From assembly GCA_963769465.1 (NCBI GenBank), contig CAVYMA010000019.1, forward strand, positions 50,644 through 114,643: 64,000 nucleotides of DNA, read 5' to 3'. Below are positions 53,634-63,622 of the stretch, piece after piece (within the stretch, counting starts at the first letter, position 1; every line of letters begins with the position of its first letter). The DNA comes from an uncultured Alphaproteobacteria bacterium. Lineage in GTDB: Bacteria; Pseudomonadota; Alphaproteobacteria; Geminicoccales; Geminicoccaceae. The notes under the pieces were generated by a model that saw only the letters and a list, made by a program, of their open reading frames with translations, was not told the DNA's origin and searched no databases. The translations under genes and the position numbers were made by a program.

Positions 53634-54860
53634 CTACAGACCGGCCTGTCCGCCCTCGTCGATCCGCCCGACCTGGAAGTCGGCCGCCTGCAGGGCAGCG
53701 GCGATCTCGCCGGCATGTTCGGCCGAGCGCGTCTCGATGGTGAAGTCGACGTCGGCGAGCTTGACCGACAGCTTGGAGAAGGCGCGCTGGTGGCCGACAT
53801 CGACCACGTTGCCGCCGCGCTCGGCGATGATCGAGGCGATCTTGACCAGGCTGCCGGGGGTGTCCGGCACGCCGATGCGCAGGCGCACCAGGCGCTGGGT
53901 GCGGACCAGCCCGCGCAGGATCACGGCCGACAGCAGCCGGCTGTCGATGTTGCCGCCGCACAGCACCAGCCCGACCTTGCGGCCGCGGAAGCGGTCGGGG
54001 TGGCTCATCACCGCGGCGAGGCCGGCGGCACCGGCACCCTCGGCCACGGTCTTCTCGATCTCGAGCAGCTGCAGCACCGCGGCCTCGATCGCCGCCTCCT
54101 CGACCAGCAGCACCTCCGAGACCAGCCGCTCGATCACGGGATAGGTGAGGTTGCCCGGCTCCTTGACCGCGATGCCCTCGGCGATGGTGGGGCCGCCGGC
54201 CAGCGCCGGCAGGCCGCGCAGGCGGCGGTAGACCGAGGGATAGAGGGCAGCCTCCACCCCCACGATCTCGATTCCGGGGTTGACGGCCCTGGCGGCGATG
54301 GCGATCCCGCTGATCAGGCCGCCGCCGCCGATCGGCACCACCAGCACCTCGAGGTCGGGGGCCACCTCCAGCATCTCCAGCGCCACCGTGCCCTGGCCCG
54401 CGATCACGGCCGGGTCGTCGAAGGGGTGGACGAAGGTGAGGCCGTCGCGCTCGGCGATTCCCCAGGCGTGGATCGCCGCCTCCTCGACGCCCTCGCCCTC
54501 GAGCAGCACCCGGGCGCCGAAGCGGCGGGTGTTCTCGACCTTCACGAACGGCGTGTGCCGCGGCATGACGATGGTGGCCGGGATGCCCAGCCGGCGGGCA
54601 TGGTAGGCCACGCCCTGGGCGTGGTTGCCGGCCGACATGGCGATCACGCCCTTGGCCGCCTGTGCTGGCGTGAGCTGGGCCAGGCGGTTGAGGGCGCCGC
54701 GCTCCTTGAACGCGGCCGTGTACTGCAGGTTCTCGAACTTGAGCCAGATCTCGGCGCCGGTGATGTCCGAGAGCGTCTGCGACTGCAGGCAGGGGGTGGC
54801 GACCAGCCGCCCCGCCAGCCGCTCGCGGGCCGCGGCGACGTCGGCGGCGGTGACGGTCAC
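53634..54860 (-). CDS. ilvA: Threonine ammonia-lyase with C-terminal ACT domain
   Basis: KFENLQYTAAFKERG, SAGNHAQG, PIGGGGL, GGNID. Confidence 0.9.
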   Translation of the reverse strand: MTVTAADVAAARERLAGRLVATPCLQSQTLSDITGAEIWLKFENLQYTAAFKERGALNRLAQLTPAQAAKGVIAMSAGNHAQGVAYHARRLGIPATIVMPRHTPFVKVENTRRFGARVLLEGEGVEEAAIHAWGIAERDGLTFVHPFDDPAVIAGQGTVALEMLEVAPDLEVLVVPIGGGGLISGIAIAARAVNPGIEIVGVEAALYPSVYRRLRGLPALAGGPTIAEGIAVKEPGNLTYPVIERLVSEVLLVEEAAIEAAVLQLLEIEKTVAEGAGAAGLAAVMSHPDRFRGRKVGLVLCGGNIDSRLLSAVILRGLVRTQRLVRLRIGVPDTPGSLVKIASIIAERGGNVVDVGHQRAFSKLSVKLADVDFTIETRSAEHAGEIAAALQAADFQVGRIDEGGQAGL

Positions 54861-55903
54861 GGGAACAGCGGCCGCTGGCCGAGCCCCAGCCGCTCGTCGA
54901 GCCCCAGCATCGCGTTCATGTTCTGGATCGCCTGGCCCGAGGCACCCTTGACCAGATTGTCCAGGACCGCGACCAGGATCGCCTCGCCCGGCACCCGGCT
55001 CGGGTGGACGCCGATCAGGCACAGGTTGGTGCCGCGCACGTGGCGCGTGGCCGGCATGGCCTTGAACGGCAGGACATGGACGAAGGGCTCGCCGGCATAG
55101 GCGCGCTCGAGCGCGCCGTGCAGGTCGGCGGCGGAGGCGCCCGCCGCCTGGCGGACGTAGATCGTGGCCAGGATGCCGCGGCTCATCGGCATCAGGTGCG
55201 GCGTGAAGGTGACCAGCATCGGCCGCCCCGCGAAGTCGGCGAGGCACTGCTCGATCTCGGGCGTGTGCCGGTGCGTGGCCACGCCATAGGCGTGGATGCC
55301 CTCGGCGACCTCGGTGAACAGGCTGCCCTGCTTGGCGTCGCGCCCGGCCCCGCTCACCCCCGACTTGGCGTCGATGACGATGCCCTCGGGCTGGATCAGG
55401 CCCTCGCGCAGGAGCGGCACCAGCGGCAGCTCGGCCGTGGTCGTGAAGCAGCCGGGATTGGCCACCAGCCAGGTGGCGCGGATCGCCGCGCGGTAGTGCT
55501 CGGTCAGCCCGTAGACCGCGTCGGCCTGCAGCTCGACCGCCTGGTGGGCGTGGCCGTAGTGCTGGGCGTAGAGCTCGGGATCGCGCAGGCGGAAGTCGGC
55601 CGAGAGGTCGACGATCTTGGGGCCGCGCGGCAGGGCCTTGACGATCGCCTGGGTGGTCGCGTGCGGCAGGCAGCAGAACACCACGTCGAGGCCGGCCACG
55701 TCGACGTCCTCGACCTTGACCAGGTTCGGCAGGTCGTAGATGGCGAGCTGCGGGAACACCTCGCCGATGGCCTTGCCGGCCTGGCGCTCGGCGGTCAGCG
55801 CGCGGATCTCGGCGCGCGGATGGTCGCCGAGCAGGCGCAGGAGCTCGGCACCCGTGTAGCCGCTGGCACCGAGAATGCCGATCCTCACCCGCTCGCCGGC
55901 CAT
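54857..55903 (-). CDS. argC: N-acetyl-gamma-glutamyl-phosphate reductase
   Basis: GASGYTG, DLSADFR, VANPGCF, SGVSGAGR, DNLVKGASGQA. Confidence 0.97.
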   Translation of the reverse strand: MAGERVRIGILGASGYTGAELLRLLGDHPRAEIRALTAERQAGKAIGEVFPQLAIYDLPNLVKVEDVDVAGLDVVFCCLPHATTQAIVKALPRGPKIVDLSADFRLRDPELYAQHYGHAHQAVELQADAVYGLTEHYRAAIRATWLVANPGCFTTTAELPLVPLLREGLIQPEGIVIDAKSGVSGAGRDAKQGSLFTEVAEGIHAYGVATHRHTPEIEQCLADFAGRPMLVTFTPHLMPMSRGILATIYVRQAAGASAADLHGALERAYAGEPFVHVLPFKAMPATRHVRGTNLCLIGVHPSRVPGEAILVAVLDNLVKGASGQAIQNMNAMLGLDERLGLGQRPLFP

Positions 55904-56063
55904 CCGACCACTCCCGCAACGCCCGCCTGCCTTGTACGGCAGGAGACCCGCCCGCGCCAACCGCGATAGCCGCGCCCTATGGCATTCATGGGCAGCCGCT
56001 TCTTCCGCCACCGCCGCCGCTGGGCGATTCTGCCCCGTGCCGACCGTCAGCCGGAGCACCGCC

Positions 56064-57365
56064 ATGTCCAGCCGTCCCGCCCCCGACCGGCCGCGCGTCG
56101 TCATCCTCGGCGCCGGCTTCGGCGGACTCGCCGCAGCCCGGGCACTGGCCCGGACGCCGGCGGAGGTCACGGTGATCGACCGGCGCAACTACCACCTGTT
56201 CCAGCCGCTGCTCTACCAGGTCGCCACGGCCGCCCTGTCGCCCGCCGACATCGCCTGGCCGATCCGCTCGATCCTCAGCCGGCAGAAGAACGCCTCGGTG
56301 CAGATGGGCAAGGTGGTCGGGATCGACCGCGCGGCGCGCGAGGTCGTCCTCGAGGACCGGCGGATCGGCTTCGACCATCTCGTGCTCGCGACCGGCGCGC
56401 GCCACTCCTACTTCGGCATGGACGAGTGGGAGGAAGCGGCGCCCGGGCTGAAGAAGATCGCCGACGCCACCCACATCCGCGAGCGCGTGCTGCTCGCGTT
56501 CGAGCGCGCCGAGGTGTCCCCCGACCCGGTGGAGCGCCAGCGCCTGCTCACCTTCGTCGTCGTCGGCGGCGGGCCCACCGGCGTCGAGATGGCCGGGGCC
56601 GTGGCCGAACTCGCCAACCACGCGCTCGCCGCCGACTTCCGTGCCATCGACCCGATGGACGCGCGCGTGATCCTGGTCGAGGGCGGAGCACGGGTGCTGG
56701 CGCAGTTCCCGCCCGAGCTCTCGGCCAAGGCCCGCGACCAGCTCGAACGGCTGCGCGTCGAGGTGCGGCTGGGCCAGCCCGTGCAGCATTGCGGCCCCGA
56801 CGGGGTCACCGTCGGCGACGAGGCGATCGCGGCGCGCACGGTGATCTGGGCCGCGGGCGTGATCGCCTCGCCGGCCGCGAAATGGCTGCAGGCCAAGCAC
56901 GACCGGGCCGGCCGGGTCCTGGTCACGCCCGAGCTGCGCGTACCCGACTGGCCGGACGTGTTCGCCATCGGCGACACGGTCTCGGTCGACGGTCCCGGAG
57001 GCCGGCCCGTGCCCGGCATCGCGCCGGCCGCCAAGCAGATGGGGGCTTATGTCGGCCGCGTGATCGACGCCAGGATCCGCGGCCGGGCGCACCCCCCGCC
57101 CTTCCGCTACCGGCACCAGGGCAACCTCGCCACCATCGGCCGCAAGGCGGCGGTGGCCGACCTGGGCTGGATCAGGCTTTCGGGCTTTCCCGCCTGGGTC
57201 CTGTGGGCCGTGGCCCACGTCTGGTTCCTGATCGGCTGGCGCAACCGGCTGGTCGTCGCCTTGAACTGGCTGTGGAACTACGTCACGTTCGAACGGGGCG
57301 CGCGTCTGATCGCCGGTTCGCCGGAGGAGGCCAAGCCGGCGGAACCGGCGCGATTGGCCGCGTGA
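56064..57365 (+). CDS. ndh: Type II NADH dehydrogenase-like FAD oxidoreductase
   Basis: GAGFGG, LFQPLLYQVAT, GGGPTGVEMAG, IWAAGV, AIGD. Confidence 0.9.
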   Translation: MSSRPAPDRPRVVILGAGFGGLAAARALARTPAEVTVIDRRNYHLFQPLLYQVATAALSPADIAWPIRSILSRQKNASVQMGKVVGIDRAAREVVLEDRRIGFDHLVLATGARHSYFGMDEWEEAAPGLKKIADATHIRERVLLAFERAEVSPDPVERQRLLTFVVVGGGPTGVEMAGAVAELANHALAADFRAIDPMDARVILVEGGARVLAQFPPELSAKARDQLERLRVEVRLGQPVQHCGPDGVTVGDEAIAARTVIWAAGVIASPAAKWLQAKHDRAGRVLVTPELRVPDWPDVFAIGDTVSVDGPGGRPVPGIAPAAKQMGAYVGRVIDARIRGRAHPPPFRYRHQGNLATIGRKAAVADLGWIRLSGFPAWVLWAVAHVWFLIGWRNRLVVALNWLWNYVTFERGARLIAGSPEEAKPAEPARLAA

Positions 57366-57381
57366 GGCCAGGAACGGAACG

Positions 57382-58050
57382 ATGCTCGAGGAACAGCTGA
57401 GCCGCTGCCGCGTCGAGGTGCAGACCAGCCTCGCACCGGCGGACTGGATGGTGCTGCAGGAGGCGATCGAGCGCCTGCGGATGATGCAGGTCGCGGAGCA
57501 TGCGCTGCAGGTCGGCGACACGCTGCCCGAGTTCACGCTGCCCGACACGGACGGGCTCATGGTGTCGAGCGAGGCGATGCTCGACCGCGGGCCGCTCGCG
57601 GTCGTGTTCATCCGCGGCACCTGGTGCCCCTACTGCTCGGCGACGCTCGAGGCGCTCGACCGCGCCCGGCCGGCGATCGAGCAGCTGGGCGGCGGCATCG
57701 TGGCGATCTCGCCCATGAACACCGACGAGCTGCTGCGGGCCGCCACCGCGCGCGGTCTCAAGCTGCGTCTCCTCAGCGACGTGGACGCGGCCTATGCGCG
57801 GCTGTGCGGGGTGCAGTACCAGATGAGCGACGCGCATGTGGAGATGTTCAGCCGCCTGGGCCTCGACATCGCGGCGCTCAACGCGGGCTCGGGCTGGCAG
57901 CTGCCGGTGCCGGCGAGCTACGTCGCCGGGACGGACGGGCGCATCGGCTTCGCCTTCGCCGACCCTGACTGGACGCAGCGGGCCGAGCCGGTCGATCTGG
58001 TGGCCGCGATCGAGCGTGCCGCTCAGGCGGCGGCCGGCTCCACCGGCTGA
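57382..58050 (+). CDS. Peroxiredoxin-like AhpC/TSA family protein
   Basis: GDTLPEFTLPD, F.RG.WCPYC, LPVPA. Confidence 0.85.
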   Translation: MLEEQLSRCRVEVQTSLAPADWMVLQEAIERLRMMQVAEHALQVGDTLPEFTLPDTDGLMVSSEAMLDRGPLAVVFIRGTWCPYCSATLEALDRARPAIEQLGGGIVAISPMNTDELLRAATARGLKLRLLSDVDAAYARLCGVQYQMSDAHVEMFSRLGLDIAALNAGSGWQLPVPASYVAGTDGRIGFAFADPDWTQRAEPVDLVAAIERAAQAAAGSTG

Positions 58051-58925
58051 GGCTTGCGCCGGGGCCGCAGGGCCAAGTCGATGAACGCCTTGACCGGCGG
58101 CGAGTAGAGCCGGCCGCGCTTGGTGGTCAGGTTGATGTCGTGGCTGTCGACGGCACCCGTCACGGGCCGGGCGACGAGCCCGGGGGGCAGGGGTCCCTGC
58201 AGGGCGCCGACGCCGATGCCGACACCGGCGGACACGAGCTCGTACAGCCATTCGCGACGCCCGGCGGTGGCCTTGGGTGCGACGGCGATGCCGGCCTCGG
58301 CGAAGGCGCGGGCGGCGGCCTCCCAGAGCGGGCAGCCGTCGCCGCAGATCAGCGGCGCTCCCGACAGGTCCATGAGCGAAATCGCCGTACTGGCGGCCAG
58401 GGCATGGGTATCGGGCAGGATGGCACAGAGGCGAGCCTCGCCCACCCGGTGGTAGTGCAGGTCGTCGAGATCGTGCGCCCTCTCCGGCAGCAGCACGACC
58501 TCGAACTCGCCGCGGCGCAGTGCCTCGCGCAGGTCGGACGAGCGCTCGTCGTGCAGGGTGATCTCGGTTTCCGGGCAACTGGCGATGAAGCCGCGCAGGG
58601 TGGTCTCGACCGGCTCGAGCGAGATGCCGCGCGCGATCCCCAGCTTGAGCGTGGCCTGGTGCAGGCTGAAGAAGCTGGCGGCCCGCGACCTTGCCAGCTG
58701 CGCCTGCTCGATCACCTCGCGGAGATGGCCCTCCATCATCCGGCCGAGTTCGGTCAGGTGGGTCTGGTTGCGCTCGCGGTTGAACAAAGGCCCGCCGAGT
58801 TCCTCTTCCAGCAACTTGATCGCACGGGTCAGGGAGGGCTGGGTGACGTTGCATTTCTCCGCAGCACGGGTGAAGTTGAGCGTCTCGCACAGCGCCACGA
58901 AATAGCGTGCCTGGTGCATTTCCAT
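58023..58925 (-). CDS. LysR family transcriptional regulator
   Basis: MEMHQARYF...LNFTRAAEKCNVTQPSLTRAIK.LEEELG. Confidence 0.92.
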   Translation of the reverse strand: MEMHQARYFVALCETLNFTRAAEKCNVTQPSLTRAIKLLEEELGGPLFNRERNQTHLTELGRMMEGHLREVIEQAQLARSRAASFFSLHQATLKLGIARGISLEPVETTLRGFIASCPETEITLHDERSSDLREALRRGEFEVVLLPERAHDLDDLHYHRVGEARLCAILPDTHALAASTAISLMDLSGAPLICGDGCPLWEAAARAFAEAGIAVAPKATAGRREWLYELVSAGVGIGVGALQGPLPPGLVARPVTGAVDSHDINLTTKRGRLYSPPVKAFIDLALRPRRKPQPVEPAAA

Positions 58926-59014
58926 CGAGCTGCGCCTTCTTTGCTTGCTGCAGTGCACGCTAACACGCAGGTCGCACCCGGAAAACGCCGATAGCCGCCA
59001 CGTATCGAGATCGT

Positions 59015-59568
59015 GCCCAGGCGGCCAGGTCGACATCCTGGTCAACAACGCCGGCATCCAGCACGTCGCGCCGATCGACGAGTTCCCGCCCGAGCAAGTG
59101 GGACGCGATCCTCGCGATCAACCTCTCGGCCGCCTTCCACGCCACGCAGGCGGCGTTCGCCGGCATGAAGGCGCGCGGCTGCGGCCGCATCGTCAACGTC
59201 GCCTCGGCGCACGGCCTGGTCGCCTCGCCCTTCAAGTCGGCCTATGTCGCCGCCAAGCACGGCATGGTCGGCCTGACCAAGGTCGATGGCGCTGGAGGCG
59301 CGCCGAAGCCGGCGTCACCTGCAACGCGATCTGCCCCGGCTATGTCTGGACGCCGCTGGTCGAGCAGCAGATCGACGACCAGGCGAAGGCGCACGGCATC
59401 GCCGCGCGACGCAGGTGATCCGCGACGTGCTGCTCGACGAACCAGCCGAACAAGCGCTTCGCCACCGTCGAGGAGATCGGCGCGCTCGCCGTGTTCCTGT
59501 GCAGCGACGCGGCCGCCTCGATCACCGGCACCGCCCTGCCGGTCGACGGCGGCTGGACCGCCCACTGA
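59015..59568 (+). pseudogene. bdhA: 3-hydroxybutyrate dehydrogenase, 5'-truncated and frameshifted
   Basis: VDILVNNAGIQHVAP, SAHGLVASPFKSAYVAAKHG, DGGWTAH*; the N-terminal Rossmann GxxxGIG is missing. Confidence 0.8.
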
Positions 59569-59584
59569 TGCAGGGAGCGACGCC

Positions 59585-60664
59585 ATGGACACGCAGACGC
59601 CCGAGCGCCCGGCGGCGCGCGGCCGCAAGGCCGGCGCCGACGCCGCCGCCGGTGCAAGACCGTCAACCTCGCCCTGCAGGGCGGCGGCGCGCACGGCGCC
59701 TTCGCCTGGGGCGTGCTCGACCGGCTGCTCGAGGAGGAGCGGCTCGCCTTCGAGGGCGTCTCCGCCACCAGTGCCGGGGCGATGAACGCGGTGGTGCTGG
59801 CCTATGGCCTGGCCGAGGGCGGCCGGGAGGGGGCGAGGCAGGCGCTCACCGGCTTCTGGCGCCGCATCAGCCACGCCGCCGCGATGGGGCCGCTGCAGCC
59901 CTCGGTGGTCGATCGTGCCCTGCACAACCACGCGCTCGACTACTCGCCGGCCTTCGTCATGCTCGACTTCATGAGCCGGCTGCTGTCGCCCTACCAGTTC
60001 AATCCGCTCAACTACAACCCGCTGCAGCGCCTGCTCGAGCAGGCGGTCGACTTCGAGCAGCTGCGCCGCAAGTCGCCGGTCAAGCTGTTCCTGTCGGCGA
60101 CCAATGTCCGGACCGGCAAGGTCAAGGTCTTCACCAACGAGGAGATCACCGCGGACGCGGTGATGGCCTCGGCCTGCCTGCCGTTCATGTTCCAGGCGGT
60201 CGAGATCGACGGCGAGGCCTACTGGGACGGCGGCTACATGGGCAATCCCGCCATCTTCCCGCTGATCTACCACTGCGACAGCCCGCGACGTGGTGATCGT
60301 CCACATCAATCCGATCGAGCGCCCGGAAATCCCGCGCACGTGCGACCGAGATCATGAACCGGATCAACGAGATCTGTCGTTCAACCGCTCGCTGATGCGG
60401 GAGATGCGGGCGATCGCCTTCGTGACCCGGCTGATCGACGAGGGGGCCCTCGCCGACGGCACGCTCAAGCGGATGAACGTCCACGCCATCGCGGCGGACG
60501 AGGTGATGCGCGGCCTGTCGGTGATGAGCAAGCTCAACGCCGACTGGGAATTCCTCACCCACCTGCGCGACGACGGCCGTGCTGCCGCCGACGCGTGGCT
60601 CGCGTGCCATTTCGACCGGATCGGCATCGATTCGACCATCGACATCCCCGCCCGCTATCTCTGA
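59585..60664 (+). CDS. Patatin-like phospholipase (frameshifted)
   Basis: LALQGGGAHGAF.WGV, SATSAGA, WDGGYMGNP. Confidence 0.88.
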
Positions 60665-60724
60665 GCTTCCCGCCGTCGCCGGTTCGTCGTACCCCCGGGG
60701 CGGGCAGGAGACAGGGAAGGCGTC

Positions 60725-61990
60725 TTGGACGATCCGCAGCCGCTCGACGGTCCGCTCTGGGCCCCGGCCATCGGGCCCGCCGCACCGCGCGGCCTGTGCA
60801 CCGACTGCGGCATCTCGCGCACCGCGGAGCCGAAGCGCTGCGGGCAGGCCTGCCAGTTCATCAAGCCGGACTATGCCGGCCTGGAACGGCGCGTCCACGG
60901 CAGGAGCCGCGACCCCGCCCGCCCCGACGAGCTGCATTTCGGCCCGTTCCGCGCCATGCTCCGCGCCGAGCTCGCGCCGGCCTTGCCGGGCGCACAGTGG
61001 ACCGGCATCGCCACCCGGATCGGCGAGCGCCTGCTCGAGACCGGGGCCGTCGACGCCGTCCTGGCCATGGCGCCCGATCCCGCCGACCGCTGGCGGCCCA
61101 TGCCGGTCCTGGTCACCGAGCCCTCCGGCATGGCCCGGTGCCGCGGCATGCGCATGGGCTACGCGCCGCTCCTGGCGCTGCTCGAGCCCGCCCGCGCGCG
61201 CGGCTACAAGCGCCTCGCCGTCATCGGCATCCCCTGCCAGGTCTACGCCCTGCGCGCGCTGGAGGCCGAGCTCGGGCTCGAGCGGCTCTTCGTCGTCGGC
61301 ACCCCCTGCTCGGACAACACCACGACCGAGCGCTTCCACGAGTTCCTGGCGCTGCTCGAGGACGACCCCGCCAGCATCACCTACCTCGAGTTCCGCGCCG
61401 ACTACCGGGTCGAGCTGCGCTTCGCCGACGGGCGCACGCGGATCATCCCCTTCCTCGACCTGCCGATCTCGAAGCTCCCGCCCGACTTCTTCCCGCTCAC
61501 CTGCCGCACCTGCGTCGACTACACCAACGTCCTGGCCGACCTCACCGTCGGCTACATGGGCGGGCAGGGGCAGCAGTGGCTCCTGGTCCGCAACCAGCGC
61601 GGCGAGGAGCTGGTCTCCCTGCTCGGCCCCGAGCTGCGCACCGCCGCGCCCGGCTCCGCCGGCAAGCGCCAGGGCCCCGTGCAGGGCTTCCTCAAGAACG
61701 TCGAGCGTGCTGCCGGCGGCCTGCCGCTGCGCCGCATGCCCGACTGGCTCCGCCCCATCGTGTCCTGGATCATGCCCCGCTTCGGCCCGCGCGGGCTCGA
61801 GTTCGCCCGCGCCCGGGTCGAGATGAAGGCGGTCGAGACCATCCTCCACCTGCGCCGCGAGCAGCCGCGCAAGCTGAAGGCCATGGTCCCGCCGCATGTC
61901 TGGCGGCTGGTGGCACCCTACGGTCTGACCCCGGCGCCCGGGGAGACCAAGGACCAGCGCGGCCGGGAAGGCATAGCTGCCGACAGCTGA
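60725..61990 (+). CDS. bciB: FrhB-family Fe-S flavoprotein, BciB-like divinyl (proto)chlorophyllide 8-vinyl reductase
   Basis: LCTDCG...[52 protein letters not shown]. Confidence 0.75.
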   Translation: MDDPQPLDGPLWAPAIGPAAPRGLCTDCGISRTAEPKRCGQACQFIKPDYAGLERRVHGRSRDPARPDELHFGPFRAMLRAELAPALPGAQWTGIATRIGERLLETGAVDAVLAMAPDPADRWRPMPVLVTEPSGMARCRGMRMGYAPLLALLEPARARGYKRLAVIGIPCQVYALRALEAELGLERLFVVGTPCSDNTTTERFHEFLALLEDDPASITYLEFRADYRVELRFADGRTRIIPFLDLPISKLPPDFFPLTCRTCVDYTNVLADLTVGYMGGQGQQWLLVRNQRGEELVSLLGPELRTAAPGSAGKRQGPVQGFLKNVERAAGGLPLRRMPDWLRPIVSWIMPRFGPRGLEFARARVEMKAVETILHLRREQPRKLKAMVPPHVWRLVAPYGLTPAPGETKDQRGREGIAADS

Positions 61991-62008
61991 GCGGGCGGCG
62001 ACCCGCTC

Positions 62009-62669
62009 CTAGACGGTGACGGACGGCCGCAGCGCGCGGATGGCGGCGGCGTAGTCCGGCTGGCCGAACACCGCCGAGCCGGCGACCAGCACCGAGGCAC
62101 CGGCCGCGATCGCCGCCGGTGCGGTCTCGGCGGTGATGCCGCCGTCGACCTGGATCCGGATGTCGCGGCCCGCGGTCATCGCCCGCAGCCGGCGGATCTT
62201 CTCCAGCGTCGCCGGGATGAACCGCTGCCCGCCGAAGCCGGGGTTGACCGTCATCACCAGGACCAGGTCGATCCGGTCCAGGACGTAGGCCACCGCACTC
62301 TCCGGCGTGGCCGGGTTGAGCGAGACCCCGGCCAGCTTGCCCAGGCCGGCGATGGCCTGGAGCGTCCGGTCGAGGTGGGTCGTGGCCTCGGCGTGGACGA
62401 TGATCCGGTCGGCACCCGCCTTCGCGAACGCCTCGAGATAGGGGTCGACCGGTGCGATCATCAGGTGGGTGTCGAAGCATTTGCGCGCTGTGCGGGCGCA
62501 GGGCGCGGACGATGTCGGGACCGAAGGTGATGTTGGGCACGAAATGCCCGTCCATGACGTCGAGGTGGATCCAGTCCGCCCCGGCCGCGTCGACCGCACG
62601 GACCTCCTCGGCCAGCCGCGCGAAGTCGCAGGCCAGGATCGAGGGCGCGATCAGGACCTCGGGGCTCAT
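62009..62669 (-). CDS. rpe: Ribulose-phosphate 3-epimerase (frameshift near 62482)
   Basis: [50 protein letters not shown]. Confidence 0.95.
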
Positions 62670-62692
62670 CGCTGCATCTCCGCTTCCAGCCC

Positions 62693-63622
62693 TCACGCCC
62701 CGTGCCGGCCCGCCGCCGCCTTGACCATGTGGTAGGCGATCAGGAGCTGTGTGAGCGCCAGGGGGTGGCTGACGCCGCGCTCGTCGCCGTCGAAGGTGCC
62801 GACGTTCGCCCGCAGGTGGCCGGCCTCCGGGATCAGCGACCACAGGAGCTCCTCCAGGCGCTCCGCCTTCCGGTCGGTGATGTCGCCGTGCAGCTCGAGC
62901 ATGTCCACGGGCTTGCCGTCATTGTCGCGCAGCAGTTCCAGGTGCAGCCCGGGATTGGCCCCCTGCTCGAGCAGCGGCGTCAGGTCAGGGTGCGGCAGCG
63001 TCGGGCGGAGGATGTGGCGGACGTTCAGGTGCGCGCCGCTCTCCTCGGCATGGCCGACCGGCGGGTAGAAGGTGACGACGATGTCGGCATAGGTCCGCTG
63101 CGGCCGGACGAACGCCTGGGTGTCGCGCTCGCGCTCGGCGATCTGCTCCAGGACCTGCGCGCGGGTGTAGCCGCGCTTGGCCGTGTCGCGCTGGGTCTTC
63201 CAGCGCACCCGCAGCTCCTCGGCCGGCTCCAGGAACAGCTTGACGTCGTAGCACTCGCGCATCGCCCGGCTGTGGTAGCCGAGCAGGCCCTCGACGATGA
63301 TGTAGGGCCGCGGCACGACATATTCGGGCGCTGCCAGCGAGCCGTCGCGATGGTCGTAGACCGGCTTGAGGATCGGGTGGCCCTGGCGCAGCAGGCGCAG
63401 ATGCTGCTCGAAGATGTCGAGATAGTTGGCGGCCGGGTCCAGCGCGGTGAGCTGCAGCCGGCCGCGCTCCGCACGGCCGTAGCGGTGATAGTCGTCGCTG
63501 CAGATGCAGGCGACGCGGTCCGGGCCCAGGATCGCGGCGATGCCGTCGGTCAGCGTGGTCTTGCCGGCGGCGGAATCGCCGACGATGCCCAGGATCACCG
63601 GCTGCGAGGCCGAACGGATCAC
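62693..63622 (-). CDS. prk: Phosphoribulokinase, class II (cyanobacterial/actinobacterial-like)
   Basis: [45 protein letters not shown]. Confidence 0.85.
   Translation of the reverse strand: MIRSASQPVILGIVGDSAAGKTTLTDGIAAILGPDRVACICSDDYHRYGRAERGRLQLTALDPAANYLDIFEQHLRLLRQGHPILKPVYDHRDGSLAAPEYVVPRPYIIVEGLLGYHSRAMRECYDVKLFLEPAEELRVRWKTQRDTAKRGYTRAQVLEQIAERERDTQAFVRPQRTYADIVVTFYPPVGHAEESGAHLNVRHILRPTLPHPDLTPLLEQGANPGLHLELLRDNDGKPVDMLELHGDITDRKAERLEELLWSLIPEAGHLRANVGTFDGDERGVSHPLALTQLLIAYHMVKAAAGRHGA

Noticed and set aside
60725-61990. F420-reducing hydrogenase
   Set aside because: No large or small hydrogenase subunits nearby; motifs fit the BciB/HCAR branch better
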